From: Terriglobia bacterium
GTDB taxonomy: Bacteria; Acidobacteriota; Terriglobia; 20CM-2-55-15
DNA: 64,000 nucleotides
Assembly (NCBI GenBank): GCA_965218585.1
Contig: CBDCLE010000005.1
Coordinates: forward strand, 128,001-192,000
Direction: 5' to 3'
Part shown: positions 1 through 10,174 of the stretch, one piece after another
How positions within the stretch are numbered: position 1 is the stretch's first letter
How the letters are laid out: every line of letters begins with the position of its first letter
The notes under the pieces: model-generated
Database searches by the model: none
What the model saw: only the letters and a program-made list of their open reading frames with translations
What the model was told of the DNA's origin: nothing
Position numbers and translations under genes: made by a program

Positions 1-51
1 GTATTGCGAGCCGAAGTCCAGGATCAGGATTTCCTCAGAGGTCGCTTGCAT
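1..51 (-). CDS. guaA: GMP synthase (glutamine-hydrolysing), 5' end only; runs off the window
   Basis: Reverse strand from ATG at 51 reads MQATSEEILILDFGSQY, the GuaA N-terminal ILDFGSQY motif; overlaps the stop of the upstream gene. Confidence 0.85.
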   Translation of the reverse strand, partial: MQATSEEILILDFGSQY

Positions 52-907
52 GTTCGGTGGTAGCTCCGTACCTCATGTCGCGGCGCATTATACCAATGGC
101 TGAATAACGCACCAGAAGCATGTAGCTGTGGTTCACACTAAGGATGCTGGTCAGCAGGACCGCTCCTACGATCAGGCCTCCGACCGATCCGACTATCCGC
201 ATGACCACGGCGCTTGCCACAGCTACCGTTAGAACGGCGGCGGTTTCCAAGAGCGCGAGAACTAGAACGATACCGACAACGCGGGACAGATCCAGCCCTA
301 AGACCTCCACCGCGTCACTGCGGATGAGGGTCTCAAGGGTCATCAGGCAGAACGCCAGCGAAACCAGTACTCCAAGCCCCGCAAGCGCCGCCCAGCGAAC
401 ATCTGGCCAGATCTGTTCCCATTCTCCCACGGGAATCGTCAAGAGTGGTCCCAGGGTAATCAGGGCAGTAAGGACCAGGCCGAAGCCCAGAATCGTGCGC
501 CGTACGAGACCCACCCAGAGATAACGCTGGAAATGGTGGACGGCATCGGTCACAACCGCCTGATCCGTAAGTGGCAGCAACCCGCCCCGCACGAAAGCTT
601 CGAGTAAAACCCATCCCCCAAAACAGAGCACGGCTGCGATGGCGAAGGTCTCAACCAGTACGGGCCAGTTCGCGATGATGGACTGAAGGATCCCGGCCGC
701 CGCAACAGCCGGGACGCCGCTCTCGAGGGCCATGACATCGCTCCCTGTGAGCTGAACTTCAGACGCGAACCAGATTCCCGCCGCGCCAAACACAGCAACT
801 GCCAGTAGAAGCCAGGTCAGTTTTGCAGCCATGTCGAGCACAACGAGATGGAGACGGCGTGAAGCGAAAACGAACCCTTCTCGGACGTAGGCCAGGGTTC
901 GATTCAT
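35..907 (-). CDS. Hypothetical multi-pass membrane protein
   Basis: 290-aa ORF with several hydrophobic segments, overlapping both neighbours in an operon-like arrangement. Confidence 0.7.
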   Translation of the reverse strand: MNRTLAYVREGFVFASRRLHLVVLDMAAKLTWLLLAVAVFGAAGIWFASEVQLTGSDVMALESGVPAVAAAGILQSIIANWPVLVETFAIAAVLCFGGWVLLEAFVRGGLLPLTDQAVVTDAVHHFQRYLWVGLVRRTILGFGLVLTALITLGPLLTIPVGEWEQIWPDVRWAALAGLGVLVSLAFCLMTLETLIRSDAVEVLGLDLSRVVGIVLVLALLETAAVLTVAVASAVVMRIVGSVGGLIVGAVLLTSILSVNHSYMLLVRYSAIGIMRRDMRYGATTEHASDL

Positions 908-1122
908 TTTCCCGCTCTCTGGCTCGGAGCAAGCCGCCTTAATGCATTACAAGCTGCCAGTCGGACGTTGTTTGCCTCGATCCACATCCGGAATGAATCA
1001 GCATCCGTGTCCAGCAGTGCGGACGAGGCCGCGAGGAGTTCGGACAGTTCTTTGAAGAGAAGTGAACCGGGTCCGGCGATGGCGACACGGGTTGCTGTTT
1101 CCGCGTCACCTTCGAGACTCAC
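904..1122 (-). pseudogene. 72-aa ORF; probable internally deleted aspartate-semialdehyde-dehydrogenase-like (Asd/Usg) remnant
   Basis: N-term RVAIAGPGSLLFKELSELL resembles the Asd Rossmann start; C-term MWIEANNVRLAACNAL resembles Asd LWVVADNLRKGAALNA; 4-nt overlaps with both neighbours. Confidence 0.5.
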
Positions 1123-1970
1123 GAAACGTCCCCACGCGATTCCGGGTGAGGTTCAGGGCGCTCCCTGGGCCGGGCGAGCCACCGCTGGACACTCTGGGAG
1201 ACTCTGGATACCGGTCCTGATCCCATGTAGGTTGTGGCAATGATCAGCAGGACGATCTCGGAATAAAAGACAATGAGACCGATCAACATTGCTGTTCCCG
1301 CGAGCGCGCTCCGAGGCAGGGGTTTCTTCAGGTTGACTTCTTTGAAGCTGGGATAGCGAACGGTACTGATCATCAGAAAAGCCAGCATGGCAACCAACAA
1401 ACACCACAGCAGAGCTGAGCCGATTTGAGTAATTGGAGCTTTCTGAAAGTGTACGATGGCTGCGACCACACCGGCTGCGGCCGGAATCGGCATTCCGACA
1501 AAATCCCGCTGCCGTTTTGTGGAATCGCTTCCGTTGTGTGCGAGAACATTGAATCTGGCCAGACGGAGGGCACCCGCGATCAGGAAGCCGAACGTTGCCA
1601 GCCACCCGAACTTGTATACGTCCTGGGCGATGTCAGCCGGAAGTCCCTGCAAGGAACTGATGCCCCAATTGAGGGCGAGCACTGATGGTGCAACCCCAAA
1701 GGTCAGCAGGTCGGCCAGGGAATCCAGTTCCACGCCAAAATCGCTACTCGTATTGGTCATGCGTGCGATGCGTCCGTCAAGCATGTCGAGGACGGCGCCA
1801 ACGCCGATGGCTATTGCTGCGTAGTCATAGTTGCCTTCGAGGCTGGAGGCCACCGAGTAATATCCGCAGAACATGTTGCCGATCGTGAAAAGGCTGGGAA
1901 TGATCGACAGGCCCGTCCGGACGCGAGGCCGGTCACGAAAGCGCTTCTTATTGAATGGTGCAGATTTCAT
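1119..1970 (-). CDS. pssA: CDP-diacylglycerol--serine O-phosphatidyltransferase
   Basis: DMLDGRIAR...FGVELDSLAD CDP-alcohol phosphotransferase motif; ALRLARFN; adjacent to psd. Confidence 0.93.
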   Translation of the reverse strand: MKSAPFNKKRFRDRPRVRTGLSIIPSLFTIGNMFCGYYSVASSLEGNYDYAAIAIGVGAVLDMLDGRIARMTNTSSDFGVELDSLADLLTFGVAPSVLALNWGISSLQGLPADIAQDVYKFGWLATFGFLIAGALRLARFNVLAHNGSDSTKRQRDFVGMPIPAAAGVVAAIVHFQKAPITQIGSALLWCLLVAMLAFLMISTVRYPSFKEVNLKKPLPRSALAGTAMLIGLIVFYSEIVLLIIATTYMGSGPVSRVSQSVQRWLARPRERPEPHPESRGDVS

Positions 1971-2584
1971 TCTGTTGGTACTCGTGGCCGCATGACAGCA
2001 ACCTCGGAACTACCTCCACGGACCTTGTCGCCAACCCGAACCCGGAGCTCCACGTCTGCCGGCAGAACGAGGTCTGTGCGAGAGCCGAACCGGATGAGTC
2101 CGAATTTTTCTCCACGCTCCAGAACGTCCCCTGCCTTCTTTCTGCACACTATCCGGCGTGCGACGACACCCGCGATCTGAGAACACTCTATCTCGAGTCC
2201 GTCCCCCCTGATCGTCAGCGTGTTTCGTTCGTTGTCCACGCTTGCCAGATCGTTGAAAGCGGCGCGGTACTTCCCTTTTCGGTATTGGACTTCCGTAATC
2301 TCTCCTAGTATGGGTGACCGGTTCACGTGTACGTTGAATATCGAGAGGAAAATGCTGATGCGTGTCCCCTCACCCTCTTTTTCTATTCTAACGACTCTGC
2401 CGTCGGCCGGAGACACAATAATGCCGGGGCCCGAGGGGATCTGGCGATAGGGGTCGCGAAAAAAGAAAGCAACGAAAGCCGCAAGTCCAATCAGGGCTAC
2501 GCCAGGGACGGTCCATCCAATCCAGAAGCTGAACACCGTGGCTGCTGCCAGGGGGCCAAGGAAGTAAATTGCGTCCTTTACCAT
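1967..2584 (-). CDS. psd: Phosphatidylserine decarboxylase proenzyme
   Basis: FFRDP, SPADG, NVHVNRSP, FGSR self-cleavage motif. Confidence 0.93.
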   Translation of the reverse strand: MVKDAIYFLGPLAAATVFSFWIGWTVPGVALIGLAAFVAFFFRDPYRQIPSGPGIIVSPADGRVVRIEKEGEGTRISIFLSIFNVHVNRSPILGEITEVQYRKGKYRAAFNDLASVDNERNTLTIRGDGLEIECSQIAGVVARRIVCRKKAGDVLERGEKFGLIRFGSRTDLVLPADVELRVRVGDKVRGGSSEVAVMRPRVPTE

Positions 2585-2617
2585 CGAGGTATTACCATAC
2601 GCACTTCATACAAGCAC

Positions 2618-3223
2618 ATGGAATCCGCCCAACTCAATCGATCTCCGGGAGAGGATACGATAGATCTCCGCGTGTTGGATATTGGCTGCGGAGAACACAA
2701 GATTGCCGGAGCAATCGGAATGGACGTCAACCCTCGAACCGCAGCCGACGTCATCCACGACCTTGACGATATTCCTTACCCGTTTCCGGACAACCGCTTT
2801 GATGAAATCATAGGCCGTCACGTTATCGAACACGTCGCCAATCCCACTGCAGTCGTCTGTGAGCTCCACCGGATAACGCGTCCTGGAGGGCTCTTGCGCC
2901 TGGTAGCTCCCCACTGGACGAATCCGGATTTTGCAACCGATCTTACCCACCGAAATCACATCAACAGCTATTCGTTCAGAAACTTCACCGAGGAATCGGC
3001 CGTTTTTCCCTTCTATACCGATGTCCGATTTCGTCAACGGAGCTGCCGCGTAACGGTTCCGAACCTCTGGAAAGCTTTCGGAGTGGAGTTTTTGATCAAT
3101 CTGGACCAGCGCTACAGGGGCCTGCGTTTCCTGAGGAAATTCTGGGAGCAATACCTCAACGCCTTTATGCGTGGAAAGGAAGTCTATTTTGAGCTTGAGG
3201 TCCTCAAGCCCGACTTGGACTAG
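2618..3223 (+). CDS. Class I SAM-dependent methyltransferase
   Basis: VLDIGCG motif I, HVIEH, RITRPGG; start moved to ATG 2618 to avoid overlapping psd. Confidence 0.8.
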   Translation: MESAQLNRSPGEDTIDLRVLDIGCGEHKIAGAIGMDVNPRTAADVIHDLDDIPYPFPDNRFDEIIGRHVIEHVANPTAVVCELHRITRPGGLLRLVAPHWTNPDFATDLTHRNHINSYSFRNFTEESAVFPFYTDVRFRQRSCRVTVPNLWKAFGVEFLINLDQRYRGLRFLRKFWEQYLNAFMRGKEVYFELEVLKPDLD

Positions 3224-4401
3224 AGACCCCCGTCCTCGACGCTCCGCCTCGCCCCCAGACCCAGGGGTGCTGAGACGATAAACAGGAATAACATTAGAAC
3301 TTCAGAATCCCCAAAATTGAACTCGAAAAGGCCGGCGACGAGAAAGCCGGTGAGTGCGGCCATCGCCGAGAGGGCCGCAAATCGCAGCGTCGGATCCGCA
3401 GCCCTTTTCAGGGGCCAGAGTTCCCTGTACAGCTCGACGAAAAACCAGATAAGCATGACCAGGCTCAGCAGGCCTCGTTCTGCGGCGATCTGAAGGAAAT
3501 TGTTGTGCATGTGTCCGTAGTAAAAGCTTTCGGAGTTTTCGCCGTCGTAATATTCGAGAAATTCGGTAGCAACGCGCTGCGGCCCGACTCCCAGCAGTGG
3601 GTGGTCGGCCACCATCTGAAGCCCCACCTCGAGCAGCGCAAGCCGGCCGACGTCCGGACCGAATTCTTCTTCCAGGCTCATGGACAGTCGATGGTAGATG
3701 AGTGGTGAGCTGGCGATTGCTACTATCCCAACCGGTATTAGTATTGTGGCCAGCAATTTGCGTGGAAGAGTTAATGCAATAGTTGAGATGCCGGCTACGG
3801 CTCCGATCCAGACGCTGCGTGTAAAACTAATAATGATTCCAATTCCGATAATCGTTACGGGGCCGATCCAGCGAAGGCCAAGAAACACAAGGGAAGGCAC
3901 CGCAACGCACCACACCAGGAGTTGTTCTCCGCTGTAGGTCATCCAGTGGCCCATGAATCCGGTTGCCCGGGCCAGGACGGTGGGGTCGTCTTCGAGCGCT
4001 CCGGTGAGGAGAAACTCGCGATACGCGAGGCCGAACTGACCTACTGCCAGAGCCGCGCTGATAGCCGCCACGACGATCAGGGTCCCATAGGAGAGTTTTA
4101 TCCGTAGTGGAGTGGTTACAAAGTTTGCCGCCAGGAGCCCCATTGAAAAAAGAACAAACTTGCGGATTGCCGGAGCCCCGAGGCCGGGGTCGGTTGAGGC
4201 AACCAGCGAAAGCAGGGTGGTTGCCATGAATCCCGCCAGTGGCAGGATGTATCGCGGCAGATGGACGGGCCCAGGGCGAAACAGGGCCCAGGCGACGCAG
4301 GCCAGGGCGAGCAGTGTCTGTGAGGCGCGAATAGAGACCATGGCTGCAGCCGCGCTCGCCATGGTCAAACCGAAAATCCACGCCTCACTTCGTTCTTTCA
4401 T
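3220..4401 (-). CDS. O-antigen ligase family (Wzy_C) membrane protein
   Basis: Polytopic; SFTRSVW, HPLLGVG, HMHNNFLQIAAERG motifs. Confidence 0.85.
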   Translation of the reverse strand: MKERSEAWIFGLTMASAAAAMVSIRASQTLLALACVAWALFRPGPVHLPRYILPLAGFMATTLLSLVASTDPGLGAPAIRKFVLFSMGLLAANFVTTPLRIKLSYGTLIVVAAISAALAVGQFGLAYREFLLTGALEDDPTVLARATGFMGHWMTYSGEQLLVWCVAVPSLVFLGLRWIGPVTIIGIGIIISFTRSVWIGAVAGISTIALTLPRKLLATILIPVGIVAIASSPLIYHRLSMSLEEEFGPDVGRLALLEVGLQMVADHPLLGVGPQRVATEFLEYYDGENSESFYYGHMHNNFLQIAAERGLLSLVMLIWFFVELYRELWPLKRAADPTLRFAALSAMAALTGFLVAGLFEFNFGDSEVLMLFLFIVSAPLGLGARRSVEDGGL

Positions 4402-4540
4402 GAAGCGAAGATTCTATTCGATATGGCTCGGATTCTCCGAGATTAACGCCAGATAGACGTCGTCCATTCGTGCGCGTGTCGTCGGCTTGAAGCCACACAT
4501 TATGCGACGAACGTCACGTCTATCAGGCTAATACAGGCCA

Positions 4541-4780
4541 CTACTGAGCAGTTGCCTGGGTCTGGCGGTACTCCTGGATCATGCGGCTCATCTGATCCTT
4601 CAAGTGGAGCTTTCTCTTCTTGATGTCGACTTCTTCGATCTGATCCTGGCCGGTCACATGAGGACGGCCGTGAAGTTCGCGGAGTTTTACGTCGTAGGAG
4701 CGGTGTTCTTCAACAAGGCGCCGGAAATCCGGGTTGTTGGAGAATAAGTAGTCCTTGATGTCGTCGTCTTTTGTCAGCAA
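4541..4780 (-). CDS. DUF465/YdcH-like small coiled-coil protein
   Basis: FRRLVEEH...KKRKLHLKDQM pattern; AAGGAGG RBS before TTG start. Confidence 0.8.
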   Translation of the reverse strand: MLTKDDDIKDYLFSNNPDFRRLVEEHRSYDVKLRELHGRPHVTGQDQIEEVDIKKRKLHLKDQMSRMIQEYRQTQATAQ

Positions 4781-4987
4781 GGCATTCCTCCTTCGTCAGG
4801 GCAGGTTTAGGTATGAACCCGTCACCCTAACACACGTTTCTCAGGCGATTCAAGAATTGAGGGGCAGTGACCCGTGATGGGCCACAAGTCAAAGATTCTC
4901 ATCTCGTTCCCTCGTTACTCACCGCCCATTGTCCGGGGAGCTTTGGTCTCCCAGTTCCTCAAACGCGTCGAATGCCACGGCTGTTTC

Positions 4988-5464
4988 TTACAGGCGTAGA
5001 TCCCGCTCCATCACATGGGCGTCTTCGAGCGGATTGGAATAATAGTTGTGGCGTTCGCCCGCGATGCTGAAGCCGAAGCGAGTATAGAAACCGATCGCTC
5101 CATGGTTGGACTTTCGGACTTCCAGCATCAGCTTCCGCGCCCCCTGGTTGCGTGACAACTCAACTACACGGTGCATCAGGGATGTGCCGACTCCAAGCCG
5201 AGCGTGGATGTTGTCGACAGCGATGTTGTAGATCTCGGAAATGCGGTCCGCCACGTGAAAGATCACGAAACCGGCGATTTCAGGGTCGCCGTCGACCTGT
5301 TCGGCTTCCGCGACGAGACTGGAAGTAAAACTGTCCTCTTCGATCAGGCGGTGGTAGGCGTCCAGAGACCAGTGAGACAGGTGCACCCAGGAACGCTCGA
5401 TTTCGATAATACGGTCGATGTCCTCGTTGCGCGCCTCACGCACGCTCAGGGAGATAGCTTTCAT
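4988..5464 (-). CDS. rimI: Ribosomal-protein-alanine N-acetyltransferase (GNAT)
   Basis: IYNIAV...RLGVG, LEVRKSN..AI.FY..FGF...GER.NYY; downstream of tsaB. Confidence 0.9.
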   Translation of the reverse strand: MKAISLSVREARNEDIDRIIEIERSWVHLSHWSLDAYHRLIEEDSFTSSLVAEAEQVDGDPEIAGFVIFHVADRISEIYNIAVDNIHARLGVGTSLMHRVVELSRNQGARKLMLEVRKSNHGAIGFYTRFGFSIAGERHNYYSNPLEDAHVMERDLRL

Positions 5465-5470
5465 CCTCTT

Positions 5471-6139
5471 TCAGCCCGGTCTGTTCACTTCTGCATCCGA
5501 AGGGCGAATGTATAACGGTTCCAGTGGCTCCCGGTTTTTACCGGCACTCATTTGAGCGATCGAAGCCGCCAGATAGGGACTCACCGCCGTTGCCTCCCAT
5601 TCAGCCCGCTCCTCTATTCCAGATCTGATCACGCCAATGCCGCTGCCACAGAATACGACTTGCCCCCCAGGCAGTTCAGACAGCCATTGGGCGGGTTGTA
5701 GCACGGTCGGTGCTCGCAATTCAATGAGTTCTTTGCCCTGGCGCCGGTACAGGGCGCTGTAGATTTCGCTCCGCCGTGCGTCGAAAACAGGAGAGATCAT
5801 GGCGTCTTCGGTCAGGACCTGCCATGCTGTGGCCGCCAGCGTGGAAACCCCTGCCGAGGTCTTCTTCTGGGCAAAGGCGAAACCCTCCATCGCTGCCAGT
5901 CCCACACGGAGTCCGGTGAATGAACCGGGACCCCGCGCGGCCGCAAAGACGTCGATCTGGGCCAGAGTCAACTCGACGTGATCGAAAAGAAATTCTATGG
6001 AGCGAAAGAGACGTTCAGAGTGCTGTATGGAATTTGCCAGACGGACTTCCCCCAGCACGATTCCAGCAGACAGAACGGCCACACTGCCGAAATCTGAACT
6101 CGTATCGACCGCCAGTATGTTCGAGGGTTGATTCCTCAT
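5471..6139 (-). CDS. tsaB: tRNA threonylcarbamoyladenosine biosynthesis protein TsaB
   Basis: ILAVDTS, HSERL, GPGSFTGLRVG, DARRSEIY, PLYIR. Confidence 0.93.
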   Translation of the reverse strand: MRNQPSNILAVDTSSDFGSVAVLSAGIVLGEVRLANSIQHSERLFRSIEFLFDHVELTLAQIDVFAAARGPGSFTGLRVGLAAMEGFAFAQKKTSAGVSTLAATAWQVLTEDAMISPVFDARRSEIYSALYRRQGKELIELRAPTVLQPAQWLSELPGGQVVFCGSGIGVIRSGIEERAEWEATAVSPYLAASIAQMSAGKNREPLEPLYIRPSDAEVNRPG

Positions 6140-6231
6140 GTGTTTCGATCGGACGCACCGGCTGACGAAGCCGGAGCTTGCCGTATTATAGTGGCTCGCG
6201 AGCTGGCCCGATCAGCTGGTGAAATTGTCCC

Positions 6232-8850
6232 ATGGCAAAGAAAACCGAAATGACGCCGATGATGCGTCAGTATCACGCGATCAAGGAGGAGGTGCCCGGT
6301 ACGCTCCTCATGTTCCGCCTGGGAGACTTCTACGAGCTTTTTTTTGAGGATGCCGTAACTGCGTCAGGTGAGCTGGACATCACGTTGACCGCCCGGCAGA
6401 AGGAAAGCGGCTCCCCTATTCCGATGTGCGGCGTCCCCTATCACGCAGCCGAGGGCTATATCGCCAAGCTTCTCCGAAAAGGCCACAAAGTCGCCGTCTG
6501 TGATCAAACCGAACCACCCAGAAAAGGCGTGAAGCTGGTCCGGCGTGAGGTCACCCGCGTCATCACTCCCGGAACCGTGACCGATCTCACCGTATTGAAA
6601 TCGGGTGAAAACAATTTCCTGATGGGACTCATCGAACGAGACGACGGTCTTGGGGTTGCTTTCCTGGACCTCTCAACAGGTGAGTTCCGGGCCTTCCAAC
6701 GTCAAGAAGAGGATCGGTGGGACCGACTGTGGCTTGATCTGGATCACTTTCAACCCAAGGAAGTCGTGTTCCCCAGATCCGCCGAACAGCGTGTCCCCCA
6801 AATGAATGGATGCGTCCGTACCCCACTCGACGACTGGACCTTTGACGCTGACGCGGCCTCGCGCGCCCTCAAGGACCAATTCGGAACCTCGAGCCTCGAG
6901 GGCTTCGGCTGTTCCGATCTGGGACTGGCGATCGGTGCGGCGGGAGGAGTCATCCACTACGCGCGCCAGACGCAGAAGACCTCCCTGGAACACATATCGG
7001 GTCTGCAGTGCGACACGCGTGCTGATTACATGGTGTTGGACGCCTCTTCTATCCGAAACCTGGAGCTTTTCGAATCCATCAGCGGGGGCAGCGACAAGGA
7101 CACGCTTCTGGGGGTCGTCGACCGAACTGCGACCGGAATGGGGGCCCGGCTTCTTCGTCAGTGGATGATCCGCCCTTCGATCGATTCCGAAGAGATTATC
7201 GAGCGTCAGGATGCGGTGGGAGAGTTGGTATCTTCAGCCGCGGTGCTCGATCGCACACGGGCTTCGTTCGAAGGGATTGCAGATTTTGAGCGGCTCCTCG
7301 GCAAAGTCATTCTGGGAACTGCGGCGCCCAGGGAGTTGGTTTCCCTCCGCAGCGCCTTCGAGAAATTGCCCGCTCTGGGTGAGGCCATGGGAGGGATGGC
7401 TTGCAACCGTTTCAAGGCGATGTCCACCGACCTGGACCCGCTCGAGGATCTCTACCAGCTGCTGGCTGTCTCGATTGAGGAAGAGCCTGCAGCCACATTT
7501 GCAGATGGGGGCGTGATTCGCGATGGCTTCGATCAGGGACTGGACCAGCTGCGTGCGATATCTCGGGACAGCAAGACCTACCTTGCGAGCCTGGAAGCGC
7601 GTGAAAAGGAACGCACCGGGATAGCTTCGCTCAAAGTGCGTTTCAACCGCGTGTTCGGCTACTACATCGAGATTTCAAAGGCGAATCTCCATCTGGCACC
7701 GGAGGACTATGTACGCAAGCAGACTCTTGTCGGGGCCGAGCGTTTCGTCACCGAAGAGCTCAAGGAATACGAAGAAAAGATTCTGACCGCTGAAGAGCGG
7801 ATGATCGCGCTGGAGAAGGAGTTATTTGTCGGAATTCGCGACACGCTTGCGGCAGGAGCTGCCAGGATTCGAGGGTCTGCCCAAATCGTCGCCCAGTGCG
7901 ACTGCCTGACGGGACTCGCTGTCCTCGCTCGGAGATTCGACTACCAGCGACCCGAACTATCGAGAGACGGGTCCCTACTGATCAAAGCCGGACGCCATCC
8001 CGTACTGGAGGTCCTGGCCGAAGAACATCGGGCCGAACGCTTTGTTCCGAACGACTTATTCATGGACGAAGGGAAGAGCCGGATCCACATCATCACCGGC
8101 CCGAACATGGGCGGCAAATCCACTTTTCTCAGGCAAAGCGCGCTGATCGTCATACTGGCTCAGATGGGGTCGTTCATACCGGCCCAGTTTGCCCGGTGTC
8201 CCATCGTAGACCGGGTTTTTACTCGAATCGGGGCTTCCGACGATCTTGCCCGGGGGCGGTCCACCTTCATGGTTGAAATGACCGAAGCGGCCATCATTCT
8301 GAATGCGGCCACTCCGGACAGCCTGGTTATCCTGGATGAGGTCGGCCGGGGAACAGCCACCTTTGACGGACTTTCCATCGCCTGGGCCGTCATCGAGCAT
8401 CTTCAGGCCCGCGTGGGCGCAAAGACCTTATTTGCAACGCATTACCACGAACTGACGGAGTTAGCCGATCTGCTTTCAGGCGTGAGCAACTTTCACGTCA
8501 CGGTCAAGGAATCGGAGAACAGGATCATCTTTCTGAGAAAAGTCGAGGCCGGGGCTGCGGACCGCAGCTACGGCATCGAAGTGGCCCGCCTGGCAGGAAT
8601 CCCCACCGCCGTCGTCGACCGAGCTCGAGAAATTTTGAAAAAACATGAGGAAACTGAGCACGAGTTGTCAGATAATCTCACGGTCCGAGCCAGACGCAAG
8701 AAACGTATTGTTATCAATCAGCTGTCGCTCTTTTCTCCGGAGGAGGAAGAGTTGAGGGCCCGGTTGCGTGATGTGGACGTGGAAAGTACATCGCCGCTGG
8801 AGGCCCTGAAACTTTTGGCCGACCTCAAGGACAAGATCGATCTCGACTGA
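6232..8850 (+). CDS. mutS: DNA mismatch repair protein MutS
   Basis: TPMMRQY, FRLGDFYELF, TGPNMGGKST Walker A, STFMVEM, DEVGRGT, ATHYHEL. Confidence 0.98.
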   Translation: MAKKTEMTPMMRQYHAIKEEVPGTLLMFRLGDFYELFFEDAVTASGELDITLTARQKESGSPIPMCGVPYHAAEGYIAKLLRKGHKVAVCDQTEPPRKGVKLVRREVTRVITPGTVTDLTVLKSGENNFLMGLIERDDGLGVAFLDLSTGEFRAFQRQEEDRWDRLWLDLDHFQPKEVVFPRSAEQRVPQMNGCVRTPLDDWTFDADAASRALKDQFGTSSLEGFGCSDLGLAIGAAGGVIHYARQTQKTSLEHISGLQCDTRADYMVLDASSIRNLELFESISGGSDKDTLLGVVDRTATGMGARLLRQWMIRPSIDSEEIIERQDAVGELVSSAAVLDRTRASFEGIADFERLLGKVILGTAAPRELVSLRSAFEKLPALGEAMGGMACNRFKAMSTDLDPLEDLYQLLAVSIEEEPAATFADGGVIRDGFDQGLDQLRAISRDSKTYLASLEAREKERTGIASLKVRFNRVFGYYIEISKANLHLAPEDYVRKQTLVGAERFVTEELKEYEEKILTAEERMIALEKELFVGIRDTLAAGAARIRGSAQIVAQCDCLTGLAVLARRFDYQRPELSRDGSLLIKAGRHPVLEVLAEEHRAERFVPNDLFMDEGKSRIHIITGPNMGGKSTFLRQSALIVILAQMGSFIPAQFARCPIVDRVFTRIGASDDLARGRSTFMVEMTEAAIILNAATPDSLVILDEVGRGTATFDGLSIAWAVIEHLQARVGAKTLFATHYHELTELADLLSGVSNFHVTVKESENRIIFLRKVEAGAADRSYGIEVARLAGIPTAVVDRAREILKKHEETEHELSDNLTVRARRKKRIVINQLSLFSPEEEELRARLRDVDVESTSPLEALKLLADLKDKIDLD

Positions 8851-8915
8851 ACCGCGAGTGTGGAAGGTTGGAGATTCGACCTCCTTCTGGGGTGGGCTAT
8901 GGCGAAGTCCGCAGG

Positions 8916-10010
8916 ATGAAGGATTTACGACGTCTAACGCTGGAAGAACGCGTCGGCCAGCTTTTCATGGTCGGGTTCCAGGGGCCTGCCCTCGATGCCG
9001 GAACCGCACGCGTTCTCGATAGGATCCGTCCGGGTGGGTTCATCTGCTCTCAGCGAAATATCGACAGCCTGGATCAGATCTACGAACTGAACCTGGGTTT
9101 CGGGTCAAAGGCCAGCCTTGCTCCGCTGTTGGCGATCGATCAGGAAGGCGGAGCCCTGGATCGGTTGAAGCATGTCGTCGCACCGATTCCTTCTGTTGCA
9201 GATCTGGCTGACCTGGGTACCTCTGCCGTCCGCGCTGGAGCCAGGCTCCTGGCTTCAGAGCTCGAAGCGGCCGGCTTCAACACCAACCTCGCCCCGGTTC
9301 TGGATCTCGGACTACCCGGATGCGTTGTTCGGGAGCGGACCCTCGGTGCCAGTCCTGCCGAAGTCGGACGCCTGGCCAAGGTCGTGATCGATGAGTTCGA
9401 GAAAAAGCGAATTCTGACATGTGGGCGGCATTTTCCCGGCCTGGGGGGGGCGAGCCGGGATCCCCACTTCGTGTTGCCACGGATTGAGCGAAGCCGCCGG
9501 GAACTTCTCGCAGAAGACGTTGTTCCGTTCAACGACCTCTCGGACCGGTTGGACCTGATCATGGTTTCCCATGGCCATTACCCGGCGCTGGGCGATATCC
9601 GCCCTGTTCCCGCATCCCTGTCGCACAGAATCGTGGGCGGCCTTCTCCGAGAGACAGTGGGGTTCGAGGGCGTGGTGATGACGGATGATCTGACGATGGG
9701 GGCGGCGACCTCAGTCGGACTAACGCCAAAGACGTTTCTGAAGGCTGTCGAGGCCGGAAACGACATGGTTCTGTTTTCACAGACGACGCCATTGCTCGAA
9801 GAGGCGTTCGACCTGATTCTGGCCACAGCCAAATCCGACATTAAACTTCGAAAGCGGATTGATCAGTCGATCGAACGTGTCCTGTACCTTAAGAGCAAGA
9901 TCGAATTTGCCCCCTTGCGAAACAGGCCCCACGCCAAGCCCCGTCTGACACGTCAAATCGAGAAGTTGAAGCAGTCCATACCGACCGTGGAGAAGGTGCA
10001 AGTCAGGTAG
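8916..10010 (+). CDS. nagZ: GH3 beta-N-acetylhexosaminidase (NagZ-like)
   Basis: AIDQEGG, NLAPVLD, RHFPGLGGASRDPH, MTDDLTMGA; start ATG 8916 assumed. Confidence 0.8.
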   Translation: MKDLRRLTLEERVGQLFMVGFQGPALDAGTARVLDRIRPGGFICSQRNIDSLDQIYELNLGFGSKASLAPLLAIDQEGGALDRLKHVVAPIPSVADLADLGTSAVRAGARLLASELEAAGFNTNLAPVLDLGLPGCVVRERTLGASPAEVGRLAKVVIDEFEKKRILTCGRHFPGLGGASRDPHFVLPRIERSRRELLAEDVVPFNDLSDRLDLIMVSHGHYPALGDIRPVPASLSHRIVGGLLRETVGFEGVVMTDDLTMGAATSVGLTPKTFLKAVEAGNDMVLFSQTTPLLEEAFDLILATAKSDIKLRKRIDQSIERVLYLKSKIEFAPLRNRPHAKPRLTRQIEKLKQSIPTVEKVQVR

Positions 10011-10096
10011 GGGGCCTCATGTGCCTTCGTCTCCTGATCTTGTTTGACAACGGAGGACCGTCTCCTCTGCTTTTGCTGCAACGTTTCGGCGTAAAG

Positions 10097-10166
10097 GTGG
10101 GGACAGGTCACTCTTTTTGCCACGTGAAGACCAGCGTATGGCTCAAAAAGAGTGACCTGTCCCCAC
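10097..10166. repeat. Palindromic repeat type A (REP/MITE-like), copy 1
   Basis: Perfect 23-bp inverted repeat GTGGGGACAGGTCACTCTTTTTG / CAAAAAGAGTGACCTGTCCCCAC around a 24-nt spacer; near-identical copy at 43024-43103. Confidence 0.93.
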
Positions 10167-10174
10167 TTTTTTGC

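Noticed and set aside
2327-2617. N-terminal extensions in the ORF track (2327, 10282, 38185, 40014, 33723, 63873)
   Set aside because: They overlap neighbouring genes or repeats; family motifs, RBS or -10 boxes point to later starts
4781-4987. 6S RNA or riboswitch between rimI and the DUF465 gene
   Set aside because: No long closing stem or recognisable aptamer core; a plain promoter plus RBS is sufficient
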